Below, piece after piece: positions 48,464-58,551 of a DNA stretch of 64,000 bases. The stretch is taken from positions 192,001-256,000 of the forward strand of contig JAZDNF010000009.1 in the NCBI GenBank assembly GCA_043800255.1, written 5' to 3'. Source of the stretch: Candidatus Altiarchaeota archaeon (GTDB taxonomy: Archaea; Altiarchaeota; Altiarchaeia; IMC4; SCGC-AAA252-I15). How positions within the stretch are numbered: the first letter of the stretch is position 1; every line of letters starts with the position of its first letter. Position numbers and translations under genes: made by a program. A model generated the notes under the pieces. That model saw only the letters and a program-made list of their open reading frames with translations. It made no database searches and was not told where the DNA came from.

Positions 48464-49420
48464 TCACTTGAAGTGGTCGTATCCGCCGCCCAATGGGATT
48501 ATCCTCTTGTCGAGTATGAGCAGCTTCTCCTTCTTGGAGGTTATCCTCCCGATCACGGTTATCGGCAGCTTCGCCTTAATCTTCTTCAGGTCTTCCTCTG
48601 GGATTGTGAACACGAGCTCGAAGTCTTCTCCGCCTCTGAGGGCGTACTCCACCGGGTCAGCTCCAAGCTGGGAGGCCGCCTCGACCGTCTTCTCTGAGAC
48701 GGGAATCTTCTCCTTGTAGACTTCAACCCCCACTTTGCTCTCATCGCATATGTGCCCCAAATCGGGGGCGAGGCCGTCTGAGACGTCTATCATCGCGTTG
48801 CAGTATTTTGATATCTCTCTAGCCTCGTCCAGCCTTGCCTTCGGCTCCAGATGGGCCAGAGTGTATCCTTTTTTGCCGGCCTTGAGAAGCTCTAAGCCTG
48901 CTGTCGACTTCCCGAGGTCTCCTGTGACGCATACAAGGTCTCCGGCTTTGGCGTCAGACCTCAACGAGAGTCTGCTCTTCTCGACTTCGCCGGTCATTGT
49001 AATGTTAATCACGACCTTTTCGCCGTGTGTGGTGTCCCCCCCTATTATCCTGACGCCATATTTCTTGCACACCCAGTTCATCCCCTTGTACAGTTCGTCC
49101 ACGAATTCGACCGTCGTCTGTGGCGTGAGGCACAATGATATCAGCATGTACTTCGGCAGCCCGCCCATGGCAGCTATGTCCGACACGTTCACCTCGACCG
49201 CCTTCATGCCAACCTGGTAGGGAGTGTGCCATCTCAATGAGAAGTGGTCTTCTTCTACGAGCATGTCAGTCGTCAGCAGCAGATATTTTGCACCCCTGCC
49301 TTTCAGCACCGCGCAGTCGTCGCCTACGCCCACGACGACATTATCGTCGGTGAACCTCCGCGTCTCCCGGTCAATCAGCTTGAATTCGCCGCCGATGTCC
49401 CTGATCTTCAGCTTATCCAC
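48464..49420 (-). CDS. thiL: thiamine-monophosphate kinase
   Basis: GEF, GDDCA, NVSDIAAMGG, GGDT, DVSDGL and GGEDFEL; GTG start assumed. Confidence 0.94.
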   Translation of the reverse strand: MDKLKIRDIGGEFKLIDRETRRFTDDNVVVGVGDDCAVLKGRGAKYLLLTTDMLVEEDHFSLRWHTPYQVGMKAVEVNVSDIAAMGGLPKYMLISLCLTPQTTVEFVDELYKGMNWVCKKYGVRIIGGDTTHGEKVVINITMTGEVEKSRLSLRSDAKAGDLVCVTGDLGKSTAGLELLKAGKKGYTLAHLEPKARLDEAREISKYCNAMIDVSDGLAPDLGHICDESKVGVEVYKEKIPVSEKTVEAASQLGADPVEYALRGGEDFELVFTIPEEDLKKIKAKLPITVIGRITSKKEKLLILDKRIIPLGGGYDHFK

Positions 49421-50364
49421 CTCTTCGTCTTGAACTCGTAGCCTTCCCTCCTCCCTTTGGAAAGCCACTCTACTATTTCTATGTTCTGCGTATTAAGCTT
49501 ACCGTCCAGGAGGTTCAGAATCTTCTCGAAGTTTTTTCCCCTGACATCGTATGCTTCGACGCCCATGATCCTGGTAGTGCCTTTCAACCTGACAATCTGG
49601 CCTTGGGGGAATTTGCCGGTCTGCTGAGCCTCAATCAGCCATCCCATGACCGTGTCCTCCGCGTCCTCCGGGATGAAGCCGCTCTCATACCCTAATGCCT
49701 TTGAGAATGCGTTCACAATCTTTTCAGCGCCCTCGCTGGCGCTGCTTACCCTCAGTCTCTTCCAGTCCCAATCAAGTATTATCTCAGACGAGCTTAGAGC
49801 ATAGCTGACAGTTCTGACATCCTCCCTGAAGACTCCTCTCCCTGTGTGCCTGACGACGAGCAGAATATTATCCCCGCCCTTTTGGACGTCAGCCAGGAAC
49901 GCGTCCCTCCTGAACTCCCTGAGCAGCGCGGTCTTGAGCGCGTTTTTCATCTTCTCCATCGGCTTCCTCTCGAACCTCGCCTTCTCCTTCCGCTCCCAGA
50001 ACTTCCATTTTCTGGTGTTCTCCGCCCTGGCGAGCGTGTGCGCCCTTGCCAGGGCTTCAGGCTTCCTCAGCCATATCTTCAATGCTATGGCCTCCCTGCC
50101 GTCGCCTGAGCGGACCATCACGCCAACCTCGGACGCTAGCCCCTCCAGCCGCCTCAGGGTGAGTCCCTCCCTGAGGTACAATACGTTCACAAGCTCCTCG
50201 CACAGTTTCGGCTTTAACAGGATATGCTCAACCAGCTGCTCCCGGCTCTTTGTGGGAATGCTTATCCTCTTCCCCTGGAGGAAGCGTTCCAAATCCATGA
50301 GCCGGTAGATTTCAAGCCTTCTCCTGACCTCGCTCCGCGGCAGGTCCAACGACAATTCCATCAT
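49408..50364 (-). CDS. hypothetical protein
   Basis: 318-aa basic ORF overlapping the thiL start; no motif recognised. Confidence 0.6.
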   Translation of the reverse strand: MMELSLDLPRSEVRRRLEIYRLMDLERFLQGKRISIPTKSREQLVEHILLKPKLCEELVNVLYLREGLTLRRLEGLASEVGVMVRSGDGREAIALKIWLRKPEALARAHTLARAENTRKWKFWERKEKARFERKPMEKMKNALKTALLREFRRDAFLADVQKGGDNILLVVRHTGRGVFREDVRTVSYALSSSEIILDWDWKRLRVSSASEGAEKIVNAFSKALGYESGFIPEDAEDTVMGWLIEAQQTGKFPQGQIVRLKGTTRIMGVEAYDVRGKNFEKILNLLDGKLNTQNIEIVEWLSKGRREGYEFKTKRWIS

Positions 50365-50404
50365 AAGAAATTCTCTTTTAATTTCTTAAAAGCAATAAAA
50401 GAAC

Positions 50405-51040
50405 GTGGACAAGTACACGAAGCCTAACCTGGGGAGCTCATGCCTGCTCACAATCGACGTCCAAAACGATTTCTCCCTCCCAGGGGCAGTCTGCGAGATA
50501 AAGGGTACGTATGATGTCATCCCGAACATCGTCAGGCTGCTGGAGGCTTACAGGCTGGCGGGGAAGCCGATAATACACGTTGTCAGGTTATACAAGGGAG
50601 AGGGGAGCAACGTCGACCCCTGCAGGAGGGCGAAAGTGGAGGAGGGTTTGAACGTTGTCAGGCCTGGCAGCGTCGGCGCTGAATTGGCAGACGCGCTGAA
50701 GCCGTCTCCTGACGTCAGACTGGACGCAGATAAACTGTTGGAGGGGAGGGTCCAAGAGATTGCAGAAAATGAGTTCATAATCTACAAGCCCAGGTGGGGT
50801 GCGTTCTATAATACGCCGCTGGAGAAGAAGCTGCGGGAGCTTGATGTCGACACCCTCGTATTCTGCGGATGCAATTTCCCGAACTGCCCGAGGACTTCCA
50901 TCTACGAGGCCAGCGAGCGGGACTTCAGGCTGGTACTCATCGGAGACGCCGTCTCGCAGCTTTATGACAGGGGAGTTGAGGAGCTGAAAAGAATCGGCGT
51001 GGAAGTGCTGAACACCAAAGAATTTCTGCGGATGCTCTAG
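50405..51040 (+). CDS. isochorismatase-family cysteine hydrolase
   Basis: IDVQNDF, KPRWGAF and GCNFPNCPRTS. Confidence 0.9.
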   Translation: MDKYTKPNLGSSCLLTIDVQNDFSLPGAVCEIKGTYDVIPNIVRLLEAYRLAGKPIIHVVRLYKGEGSNVDPCRRAKVEEGLNVVRPGSVGAELADALKPSPDVRLDADKLLEGRVQEIAENEFIIYKPRWGAFYNTPLEKKLRELDVDTLVFCGCNFPNCPRTSIYEASERDFRLVLIGDAVSQLYDRGVEELKRIGVEVLNTKEFLRML

Positions 51041-51044
51041 CAGC

Positions 51045-52253
51045 TCAGTCTTTCTGTTTCAGTATCGCGATGGTGTAGTCTTTGTTCAGGTGTTCTGTCG
51101 TCGTTTTTTTGAGGTCTTCGAGTGTGACTTCCCTCACTTTTTTGACGTAGTCTTCTGTCGTTTCGAGTTGTGCTGCTGTGTTCAAGTATCTGAGGGTGCT
51201 TGCCCTTCGCAGGGTGTCCTCGTTCTGCAGCAGGAATGAGCCTTGCACGTAGTCTTTAGCGCTTTCCAGCTGTTTTTCGTTCACTGTCTTGATTCTCTCA
51301 AGGCATTCCCGGATTACAGTCTCGACCTCCGGGAGATTGGCCTTCTGGGTGCTGACGTTTGAGAAGAATATGCCGTAGTTCACTCCAGCACTGTGTTCGA
51401 CTCCGACGTCGTATGCGAGGCCTCTTTTGGTTCTCAGTTCGTCCATGAGCCAGCCGCTCATCCCCCTGCCGAGGATAGCCTCCACCAGGTCGAGGGCGTA
51501 GGAATCTGGGTCGGAGCGCGGGACGGTGTCGTATCCGAATATCATGTACGATTGTCCGGTGTCCTTCTCCTCAACGAGCCGGTAGGGTCTCCTCGCTTTC
51601 ACGGGTTTGACGGATTCGCTCCTGCCGGTTCCTGGCTGCATCCGCTCATATGCTTTTCTGACGACAGGCAGCGGGTCTCCGACGTCGCCGACTACTGACA
51701 CTACCATATTCTCGGGGACGTAATGTTTTTGATAGTATCCGATGATATCCTCCCGTGTTATGCCGGATACCGTTTCGATGCTTCCGACAGGCGGGCTCCC
51801 CAGCTGATGATCGGGGTACAATGCCTTCTTGAAGAGCAGTAGCTGGTAGAACCGGGGGTTGTCATGTATCAGCTTTATCTCGTCCAGTATCACGTGGCGT
51901 TCTTTTTCAAACGTCTCCTCCTTTAGGAGGGGGTTTGTCATCAGGTCGGAGAGGACGTCCACTGCGAGGGTGAAATACTTTTTCGGTATTTTCACGAAGT
52001 AGGATGTCGATTCGTAGGATGTTTCGGCGTTCAGCTCGCCTCCGACGCTCTCTATCTCATAGGATATCCTCCTGGCGTCAGGCCTCTTTTTGGTGCCCTC
52101 GAAGAGCATGTGCTCTATGTAGTGGGAGATTCCTGACAGCGCCTTCGGCTCGTTTATGGATCCAACAGAAACCGACGCCTCAACCGAGACGGAGTCAGTA
52201 TTGCGCTTATCGTATAAGACGGTCAGCCCGTTTTCAAGTATGTTCTTCTCCAT
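51045..52253 (-). CDS. M16 (pitrilysin-like) zinc peptidase
   Basis: HYIEH inverted zinc motif, NAETS and LRTKRGLAY. Confidence 0.92.
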   Translation of the reverse strand: MEKNILENGLTVLYDKRNTDSVSVEASVSVGSINEPKALSGISHYIEHMLFEGTKKRPDARRISYEIESVGGELNAETSYESTSYFVKIPKKYFTLAVDVLSDLMTNPLLKEETFEKERHVILDEIKLIHDNPRFYQLLLFKKALYPDHQLGSPPVGSIETVSGITREDIIGYYQKHYVPENMVVSVVGDVGDPLPVVRKAYERMQPGTGRSESVKPVKARRPYRLVEEKDTGQSYMIFGYDTVPRSDPDSYALDLVEAILGRGMSGWLMDELRTKRGLAYDVGVEHSAGVNYGIFFSNVSTQKANLPEVETVIRECLERIKTVNEKQLESAKDYVQGSFLLQNEDTLRRASTLRYLNTAAQLETTEDYVKKVREVTLEDLKKTTTEHLNKDYTIAILKQKD

Positions 52254-52293
52254 CTGATGTAGCTTTTTAAAATATTATCATATAAGTTAATCT

Positions 52294-52521
52294 ATGGATT
52301 TAAGCCTGCTTTTTGGCGTTGAGTTCACGCTCGAGTTGTTCATCATCATCCTGGAGCTGGTTGTCCTGATAGTGATCCTAGCGCATCTTAAGATGATGAA
52401 GAACGAGAACAAGCTGCTTCATGAGGCGGTCAAACTGCTTAAACAGGACATAAAAGAACTGCATGAGGCCCACAAGGAGCTGCACAAGAAAGTGGACAGA
52501 ATCCACAACAAGATGAAGTAG
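52294..52521 (+). CDS. small TM + coiled-coil protein
   Basis: Hydrophobic N-half and His/Lys heptads. Confidence 0.65.
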   Translation: MDLSLLFGVEFTLELFIIILELVVLIVILAHLKMMKNENKLLHEAVKLLKQDIKELHEAHKELHKKVDRIHNKMK

Positions 52522-52617
52522 GTGTCATAAGACGTTATTCCGGCCCTAACTCTTATCCCCTCCCTGCGAACAAGCTTCTGACAGCCATTCTTTTTCTGTG
52601 ATGCATTATATTAAATT

Positions 52618-54579
52618 ATGGTCAGAGAGAGGATACGAGGGAGTAAGCTCACACCCCCAACACTCGATTCCAGTGAACTGATGCCGGTCAGAGGGGGTAA
52701 GGACACTACAAAATCACATAAGGGGCTCCTGTTAGACTTCGTCGGAGAATGCTCCTGGCACCCTGAGGAGAAGGAGAGGCTCATCGCAGTGTTGGATGAT
52801 GATGCCCTGAATTCAAAGGACGTTCCCAGATTCCTAGACCAAGCTAACCGAACCATAGGCTACTACAAGAAGGGGATAGACTATCTCACCAGACAGGCTG
52901 GAGAGGAGGAGATTATAGACTTGGATTTGATGAGATTGGGATTTGCGCACTCCCTGAACGGAACACTCCGGGATTTCAAATTCTACTCCGATGCTGAGAA
53001 AAAAACACTAAGGCCTGAATTGCAGATGATGAAGTCACTTCTTGAGAAAGCCCATCCAGGACGGAGTCAGGATTACGTAAACAATTGGATCGGAGGGATT
53101 GATCTGACCCATAATGGGCTGCCATACGAACCGGGTGTGGAAAGGCATGGCGAGCTTAGGTGGCGTTATGTAACAAGATTGGACGCCGCCGCGAGCGTTC
53201 TGTTGGACGACACGATACTCGACCGTCTCATAAAGACGGATGAGATAAAGGAGGGCCATGATAGCCCACCCCATAATCTCAGAAAGGAAATTACAGAATG
53301 CATATACCGGACTATGAAACCCGAAGATTCCCAGAAGGTGAAGGAGTTGGCACAGCGGGAGAAACAATTGTCAGATAAAATCAAGAGCGACCCGAGTGAT
53401 GATCTATTGGGGCAGATAAGGGAGGCTGAAAAGCTCAGAACCCAGATAACCGCGAAAGCGGACAACGAGAGAGAGGAAAAGCTGAAAGAACTTAGGAAGT
53501 CGATTATCGAAAATTATCAGAGCGTGTTAGAGCTTCCGAAAGATTTCAGCGATAACCCTGAGAAGAAGGAGGAGTACGCAGAGTACGTAACTGATAGGGT
53601 CATAACAAGGGTGAGGAACCTGAACAAGATGCGCCGCATGATGCGCGACCTAAAGGATTGCATCAACGAATCGCCTGACCTCACAAAGGAGGAGGAGCTG
53701 AGCAGAATCAAAACAGACGTTTCGCGTATAATACAGGTTGAGGCGGACTCCAGGAAGAGCATTGAAGGCAAACTCGATGTGCACAATATCGCACCAGCCG
53801 AGTCCAGGACCATACTAATGGAGGTCCGCACAAAGATAGGGAACATGGAGGACTCCAGGTCAAAGGAAAGGAAGCCCGGCTCTTATGACAACATCCGCAC
53901 TCACACTTCCGATGACATGTTCAAGTGGCTTGAGGGTTTAGGAGCCTCTGACGAATGCTTGAGCGTCGGCTACCTCTGGCATGAGAGCCACTCTTGCACG
54001 CCCGAGATGCTATTCTCGGCGACTACAACAACGCTCCTGCTCGAAGGCCAGCAGAGGGGGGTTGAGGCCAGCCTCACAGGCCGGCTTATGCCTGCCATAG
54101 TCGAAGGAAAAATTGAGCCAGTGCTGTTCAGGCAGAAGATGCGCGCGAAGACAGACGACAACCACCGTTACTTCCTGAACGACGCCTTTATCAAGTATGC
54201 CATACTCTCAGGGGCGACGAAGATAGCAGCCCATTCTGGAACAATAGGCGACCCTTTCTCGCTGAAGTTCAATCACAACCTCTTTGAAAAGCCTTTTGTC
54301 GTAGAATATGATGGCGCATCAGGGGAGAAAATCAGGGAGAGAGTGACCTTGACAACCCGCCAGGAGAGGAAAACCACGCTGAAGTTCATAGAGCCTGTGG
54401 GTAGGGCGTCTGAGGGCGTTCTTCACACACACGAGAAAAAGGAGAGATACACCAAAAAGGAGACCATCGAGGGCGTGGAAACCGGCGTCTTCAGCTACCC
54501 GGATGACCTACAACCGGAGAAGGGCAGATATAAGCAGAACATGTGGATTGTAGACATCAGCAGGGAGAGGATACAGTAG
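52618..54579 (+). CDS. large orphan hypothetical protein
   Basis: 653-aa ORF with coiled-coil middle, TATA-like sequence upstream, T-run after the stop. Confidence 0.7.
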   Translation: MVRERIRGSKLTPPTLDSSELMPVRGGKDTTKSHKGLLLDFVGECSWHPEEKERLIAVLDDDALNSKDVPRFLDQANRTIGYYKKGIDYLTRQAGEEEIIDLDLMRLGFAHSLNGTLRDFKFYSDAEKKTLRPELQMMKSLLEKAHPGRSQDYVNNWIGGIDLTHNGLPYEPGVERHGELRWRYVTRLDAAASVLLDDTILDRLIKTDEIKEGHDSPPHNLRKEITECIYRTMKPEDSQKVKELAQREKQLSDKIKSDPSDDLLGQIREAEKLRTQITAKADNEREEKLKELRKSIIENYQSVLELPKDFSDNPEKKEEYAEYVTDRVITRVRNLNKMRRMMRDLKDCINESPDLTKEEELSRIKTDVSRIIQVEADSRKSIEGKLDVHNIAPAESRTILMEVRTKIGNMEDSRSKERKPGSYDNIRTHTSDDMFKWLEGLGASDECLSVGYLWHESHSCTPEMLFSATTTTLLLEGQQRGVEASLTGRLMPAIVEGKIEPVLFRQKMRAKTDDNHRYFLNDAFIKYAILSGATKIAAHSGTIGDPFSLKFNHNLFEKPFVVEYDGASGEKIRERVTLTTRQERKTTLKFIEPVGRASEGVLHTHEKKERYTKKETIEGVETGVFSYPDDLQPEKGRYKQNMWIVDISRERIQ

Positions 54580-54615
54580 GATTTTTTTATTAACCGCTAT
54601 TAGTAATTTAATACT

Positions 54616-55446
54616 ATGAGAGGTTGGTGGGTTGTTTTTTTGGTCTTTTTTGCCGCTGCAGCTGACTCGCAGGTTTTCGGAGAGGGTAATGTTATCGTCT
54701 CCGATAATGGCGATGCCCTAGTACTATTGGACTTGTTCGGCAACGGGACTGTGAACGTTCCCACGCCCCTTGATGTAGAGTCTCCTAAGGTGAGAGGGGC
54801 CTTGTATGTCAGCGCATCCAACGGCATAGACGTCTCATTTGACGGCGAGGCTACCGTCGCTTATATGACGCAGCTTCTCACGTCAAAGGACGGTGATGTC
54901 TGGAGTTTCTGGGCGGAGTTGCCTGAGATTCCCATAGGAGTCACGGTCTCATTCCCTGCTAATGCTAGGGTCATCTCAACAGAGCCAACGGCCTTCGTAG
55001 AGCAGGGTGACGATTCAGTGAACGTCATGTGGATTAGCATATCGTCTGAGAACATCTCGGCAGATTACAAGCTCTCGTTCGATGAGCCTGTAACTGCCGC
55101 AGCGCAGCCAGATAGAGGGGGAGTGAATCCTTTCTTGTATGCTGCAGCCCTGTTTGCATTTATCTTTATCTACCTTTACATGAGCCGGCGGAAGTCGGGC
55201 ATAGTACTGTCAAAAGGCAAGAGGAATGTGATGAAAACGCTGACCGGGAACGAGTACAAGATCGTCACATTGTTGCTTGAGAGCAGGGAGGGTCTGAAGA
55301 GGTCAGAGTTGGAGAGGAAGTCAGGCATCGCCAAGTCCTCGCTGGCTTCCGCCCTGTACAATCTGGAGCAGAAGAACATATTAGGAGTTGATAAGACGGA
55401 GGAAATGCACTATGTGGAACTCACAGAGTGGTTCAAGAGCCTCTAG
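54616..55446 (+). CDS. membrane-anchored regulator: extracellular beta domain, TM, C-terminal winged HTH (COG2512-like)
   Basis: Signal peptide; TM; LTGNEYKIV...LKRSELERKSGIAKSSLASALYNLEQKNI. Confidence 0.82.
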   Translation: MRGWWVVFLVFFAAAADSQVFGEGNVIVSDNGDALVLLDLFGNGTVNVPTPLDVESPKVRGALYVSASNGIDVSFDGEATVAYMTQLLTSKDGDVWSFWAELPEIPIGVTVSFPANARVISTEPTAFVEQGDDSVNVMWISISSENISADYKLSFDEPVTAAAQPDRGGVNPFLYAAALFAFIFIYLYMSRRKSGIVLSKGKRNVMKTLTGNEYKIVTLLLESREGLKRSELERKSGIAKSSLASALYNLEQKNILGVDKTEEMHYVELTEWFKSL

Positions 55447-55493
55447 TTCAGGCCTGTTCAGGTTTGTTCGCACTCCTCTTTATATGGAGTTCA
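55446..55493 (+). promoter_or_regulatory. promoter with 10-bp-phased GTTCR direct repeats around a TATA box
   Basis: GTTCA 55446 and 55456, GTTCG 55466, TTTATA 55479, GTTCA 55489. Confidence 0.6.
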
Positions 55494-55518
55494 TGCGATA
55501 TTCATTCGGTGATAGGAT

Positions 55519-56487
55519 ATGAAATTTAAGAACATTATGATTTTGCTGGCTGTGACAGTGTTACTGTCCACCATATCGTACGCGAAAGATGATAACAATC
55601 TGGGGAAAATGACCGGCATCGGGCCAAAATTAGACGATGACGACGATGATTCAGATAAACCCGTTAGAGAGGATATGCGGGAAAAGGATAAAAGCATGTC
55701 AGACGAGGAGGATGAGTACGACGATGACATGCGGGGTATAGACGATGACGAGAATGAGACGGACGATGATGACGAGAACGACTCAGATGACGATGCATTA
55801 GAACTGGACGACGAGAACGAGACAGACCACCGCAGACTGGAGGAGAAGAAGGGACAATCCAAGAACAAAACACGTTACCGTGAAGGAGAAAACGAAACCG
55901 ATGATAATGAGGGGGATGAATCCATGGGCCAGATTATTTCCTCCATGAATCAGGCGAGGAGGGAGCAGTTCCGTCTCATGAAGGAGGAGATGAGGCAGAT
56001 CGGCTATCATGGGCCGGTGGACGATTTCGCGGTGGCTTTCAACAGGCAACTTAATCAGCTTCGGTTACAAGTGAGGGAGCGCATCAACTCCTCTGAGGAT
56101 TCGAACCTCACCGCATCAGTTATGCGAGAGGTCGCCCGCAGGGAGCTGGCTCGCATCAGGGAGGAGAAGCTGGCCGGCTTGAATGTCAGCGACAATGATA
56201 CCTTGGAGGCGCTACAAAACATATCAGATTCGGAGGAGAACTTCACAGACGAGATTCATAGCATGAACCACCGGTTCAGGTTCATGGTGAATGAGGTTGC
56301 ATGGAACGGCACAGTCGAGGAGAAGCAGCAGCTGAGGGAGAGAATCAGGAACTATGCGCAGGAGCGGAAAACAACCATCAGACTGCTGAGAGACGCCCTC
56401 AAGTTCAGGTATGAGACCGCCAGAGACCTGCTGAAGGAGAACAGGACGTTGGACGAAATACTGGAAAACCTGTCAGAGTCGGACTAG
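55519..56487 (+). CDS. secreted Asp/Glu-rich protein
   Basis: Signal peptide, DDENET acidic repeats, helical C-terminus. Confidence 0.8.
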   Translation: MKFKNIMILLAVTVLLSTISYAKDDNNLGKMTGIGPKLDDDDDDSDKPVREDMREKDKSMSDEEDEYDDDMRGIDDDENETDDDDENDSDDDALELDDENETDHRRLEEKKGQSKNKTRYREGENETDDNEGDESMGQIISSMNQARREQFRLMKEEMRQIGYHGPVDDFAVAFNRQLNQLRLQVRERINSSEDSNLTASVMREVARRELARIREEKLAGLNVSDNDTLEALQNISDSEENFTDEIHSMNHRFRFMVNEVAWNGTVEEKQQLRERIRNYAQERKTTIRLLRDALKFRYETARDLLKENRTLDEILENLSESD

Positions 56488-56549
56488 TCCGATGGTTTCG
56501 GTTCCAGTCAGGTTGTCCATTTTTTTACATGTAATCCCCTAAGGGTTAT

Positions 56550-58151
56550 ATGCGAATCAGTTATCGCACTGGAGGGGGCAGCGGAAGCCAGCCTGAAAAG
56601 GTAAACGTCCCAGCAGACTATGATTCAATCCTTAGACGGGTTAATGAACGTATTCTGGGCCCGTCAAATGTTCAAACGTTTTTCAAACAATACTATCAGA
56701 CTGCTCCCAGCAGGGTTGACGTGCTCTACGGTTTAATGCGCAAAGCGGATGGGACCAACACGAGCGGACCTGAGAGGAAGCCGCTGAACATTGGAATCGC
56801 ATTATTGGAAGGCCGCCCGAGTTGGAGGTCCAATGTAGACGCCAACGGCGCGAAAAAGCTGCTTGAGAAGGTGGCGCAGAGGTTTGACCTGGTTAATCTC
56901 AAAGATAATGGCTACAGCATTGATGAAATAAAGGCTGTGGAAGCAGTTGTCGCGTCCGAGTTGGGCGTTGACGCAATGCAGGACACTCAGAGATGCGGTC
57001 TCCCTTCGCCTATGGGTTTAATCCAACCAGTGCAAGAACATGCAGCAAAGAAGAGAGTTGATCTATCCAGGAACTCCCGCCCCAGGGTATCGCGCCCGGT
57101 AGTCTCAAAGGAGCCTACAGATTATGAAGCCGTTGCCGATGCAGTGTCAAAGCGCGTTATCAGCCCGTCTGATGTCACCCACTTCTTTAGGGAGCATTTC
57201 AACACCGCCCCCGGCAGGGATGAAATCAATGACAGGTTTCTCAGCCAGGAGGGCAGGGCCCGCAGGAAGCCGGTGAGTATCGCGATGGCTCTGATCAAAG
57301 CCCATCCCAGATGGGCTGCCGGCAAGAAGCCGGAGGAGATGAAGAGCGTCCTGGAGAACATGTCATGGATGACCGACCTCGTCGACATTCGGGATGAGAA
57401 GTGCACAGTCGATGAGGTGAAGGCCGTCGAAGCCGCGCTCCTGTCTGAGTTGGGCGACGTCGATTCTGCGCAGATTGTCGATGATAGGCCTTCCATAAAA
57501 CCTGTCGAAGGTTTCAGCAGGCCTGAACTGAGTGAGAGGCGGCAGCTTCTGGCTGTGAGCAGGTCGCATGGTCTGACCAAAATGGTAGGCGACGGGTTTT
57601 TCATGTTTAAGAGGGCGAGTATGATGGCCAACCCAGAGGATGCTGCCAACAAGCTGGTGAATGACATACTGAACCCGTCCATACTGGACATGGTTCCAGG
57701 AATCTCTGATGTCTTTTTCAAATCCAACGATGAGAGTAAAGAGTCCGCGAGGGCGCGCATCAGCGAGGCAGGCATCCGAACGTTCAAAGCTTTTGCCCCC
57801 CAGGTAAGGGTCGCGATACTGGACGCCATAGAGTCCGATATTGACACGAGGATGAGGGATGAGACGAGGAATGACGCGATCCAGGTGTGCGCTAACATGC
57901 TCGACGAGCTGCCTCCGAGGGCCTGCGCGGAGACGTTCACGGAGATGGAGGCTGTGAAGGGTTCGCTGATGCTGGAAGTCATGAAACCTGAAAACGCGGC
58001 GAAAGCGGTTGAAAGACTTCTGAAAAGCGACAACCCGGCCTTCGTTCACAAGGGCTTCAGCCTGATGAACTACCTGCACAAGGATTCTGGAGACAAGATC
58101 AGAAAGAGGTTGAGCAGGGCTTCGCAGAATCAATTAGATGGTGAAACCTAA
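56550..58151 (+). CDS. orphan protein with two copies of a ~115-aa domain
   Basis: DY...PS.V..FF.....TAP.R...RKP..I..AL...P.W...DLV..D....DE.KAVEA...SELG occurs twice. Confidence 0.75.
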   Translation: MRISYRTGGGSGSQPEKVNVPADYDSILRRVNERILGPSNVQTFFKQYYQTAPSRVDVLYGLMRKADGTNTSGPERKPLNIGIALLEGRPSWRSNVDANGAKKLLEKVAQRFDLVNLKDNGYSIDEIKAVEAVVASELGVDAMQDTQRCGLPSPMGLIQPVQEHAAKKRVDLSRNSRPRVSRPVVSKEPTDYEAVADAVSKRVISPSDVTHFFREHFNTAPGRDEINDRFLSQEGRARRKPVSIAMALIKAHPRWAAGKKPEEMKSVLENMSWMTDLVDIRDEKCTVDEVKAVEAALLSELGDVDSAQIVDDRPSIKPVEGFSRPELSERRQLLAVSRSHGLTKMVGDGFFMFKRASMMANPEDAANKLVNDILNPSILDMVPGISDVFFKSNDESKESARARISEAGIRTFKAFAPQVRVAILDAIESDIDTRMRDETRNDAIQVCANMLDELPPRACAETFTEMEAVKGSLMLEVMKPENAAKAVERLLKSDNPAFVHKGFSLMNYLHKDSGDKIRKRLSRASQNQLDGET

Positions 58152-58174
58152 CTTACGAGAACCCTGCAGATGAG

Positions 58175-58230
58175 GTTTCAGTTTATGTTACAGCTGTTTC
58201 AACAGAGGATAACGTCTGTTTCAACTATGT
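58175..58230 (+). promoter_or_regulatory. GTTTCA triad operator/promoter, copy 1
   Basis: GTTTCA at 58175, 58196 and 58218; 58195-58230 is identical to 61959-61994. Confidence 0.7.
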
Positions 58231-58267
58231 ATTTTTATCAGTAAATTGAATATTCTGAGGTGAGTTT

Positions 58268-58549
58268 ATGGTAAATGAGACTATTGCAGAAGTTGGAGGA
58301 CGAGTTGCCAGGAACATGACATTTCGCGGCGAACCGTCAGGCTGGAGGGAGCCAGTATTAGGGTTCATTCCAGCGCCACTGTTGTGGAATATCATCGTTG
58401 TCGGCGTTGTTGCCTTGATATTCTGGTGGCTTCTCCGGGGCTCGCAGAAGCACGGTGATACTCCCATGGATCTGCTTAAGAAGAGGTATGTGTCAGGCGA
58501 GATAGACAGGAAGACGTATCTGCAGATGAAGGAAGACATAAAAGATTGA
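58268..58549 (+). CDS. SHOCT-domain membrane protein
   Basis: TM then LLKKRYVSGEIDRKTY. Confidence 0.85.
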   Translation: MVNETIAEVGGRVARNMTFRGEPSGWREPVLGFIPAPLLWNIIVVGVVALIFWWLLRGSQKHGDTPMDLLKKRYVSGEIDRKTYLQMKEDIKD

Positions 58550-58551
58550 GG

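Noticed and set aside
55630-55920. GAC/GAT-rich DNA tandem repeat
   Set aside because: It reflects the Asp/Glu-rich coding sequence
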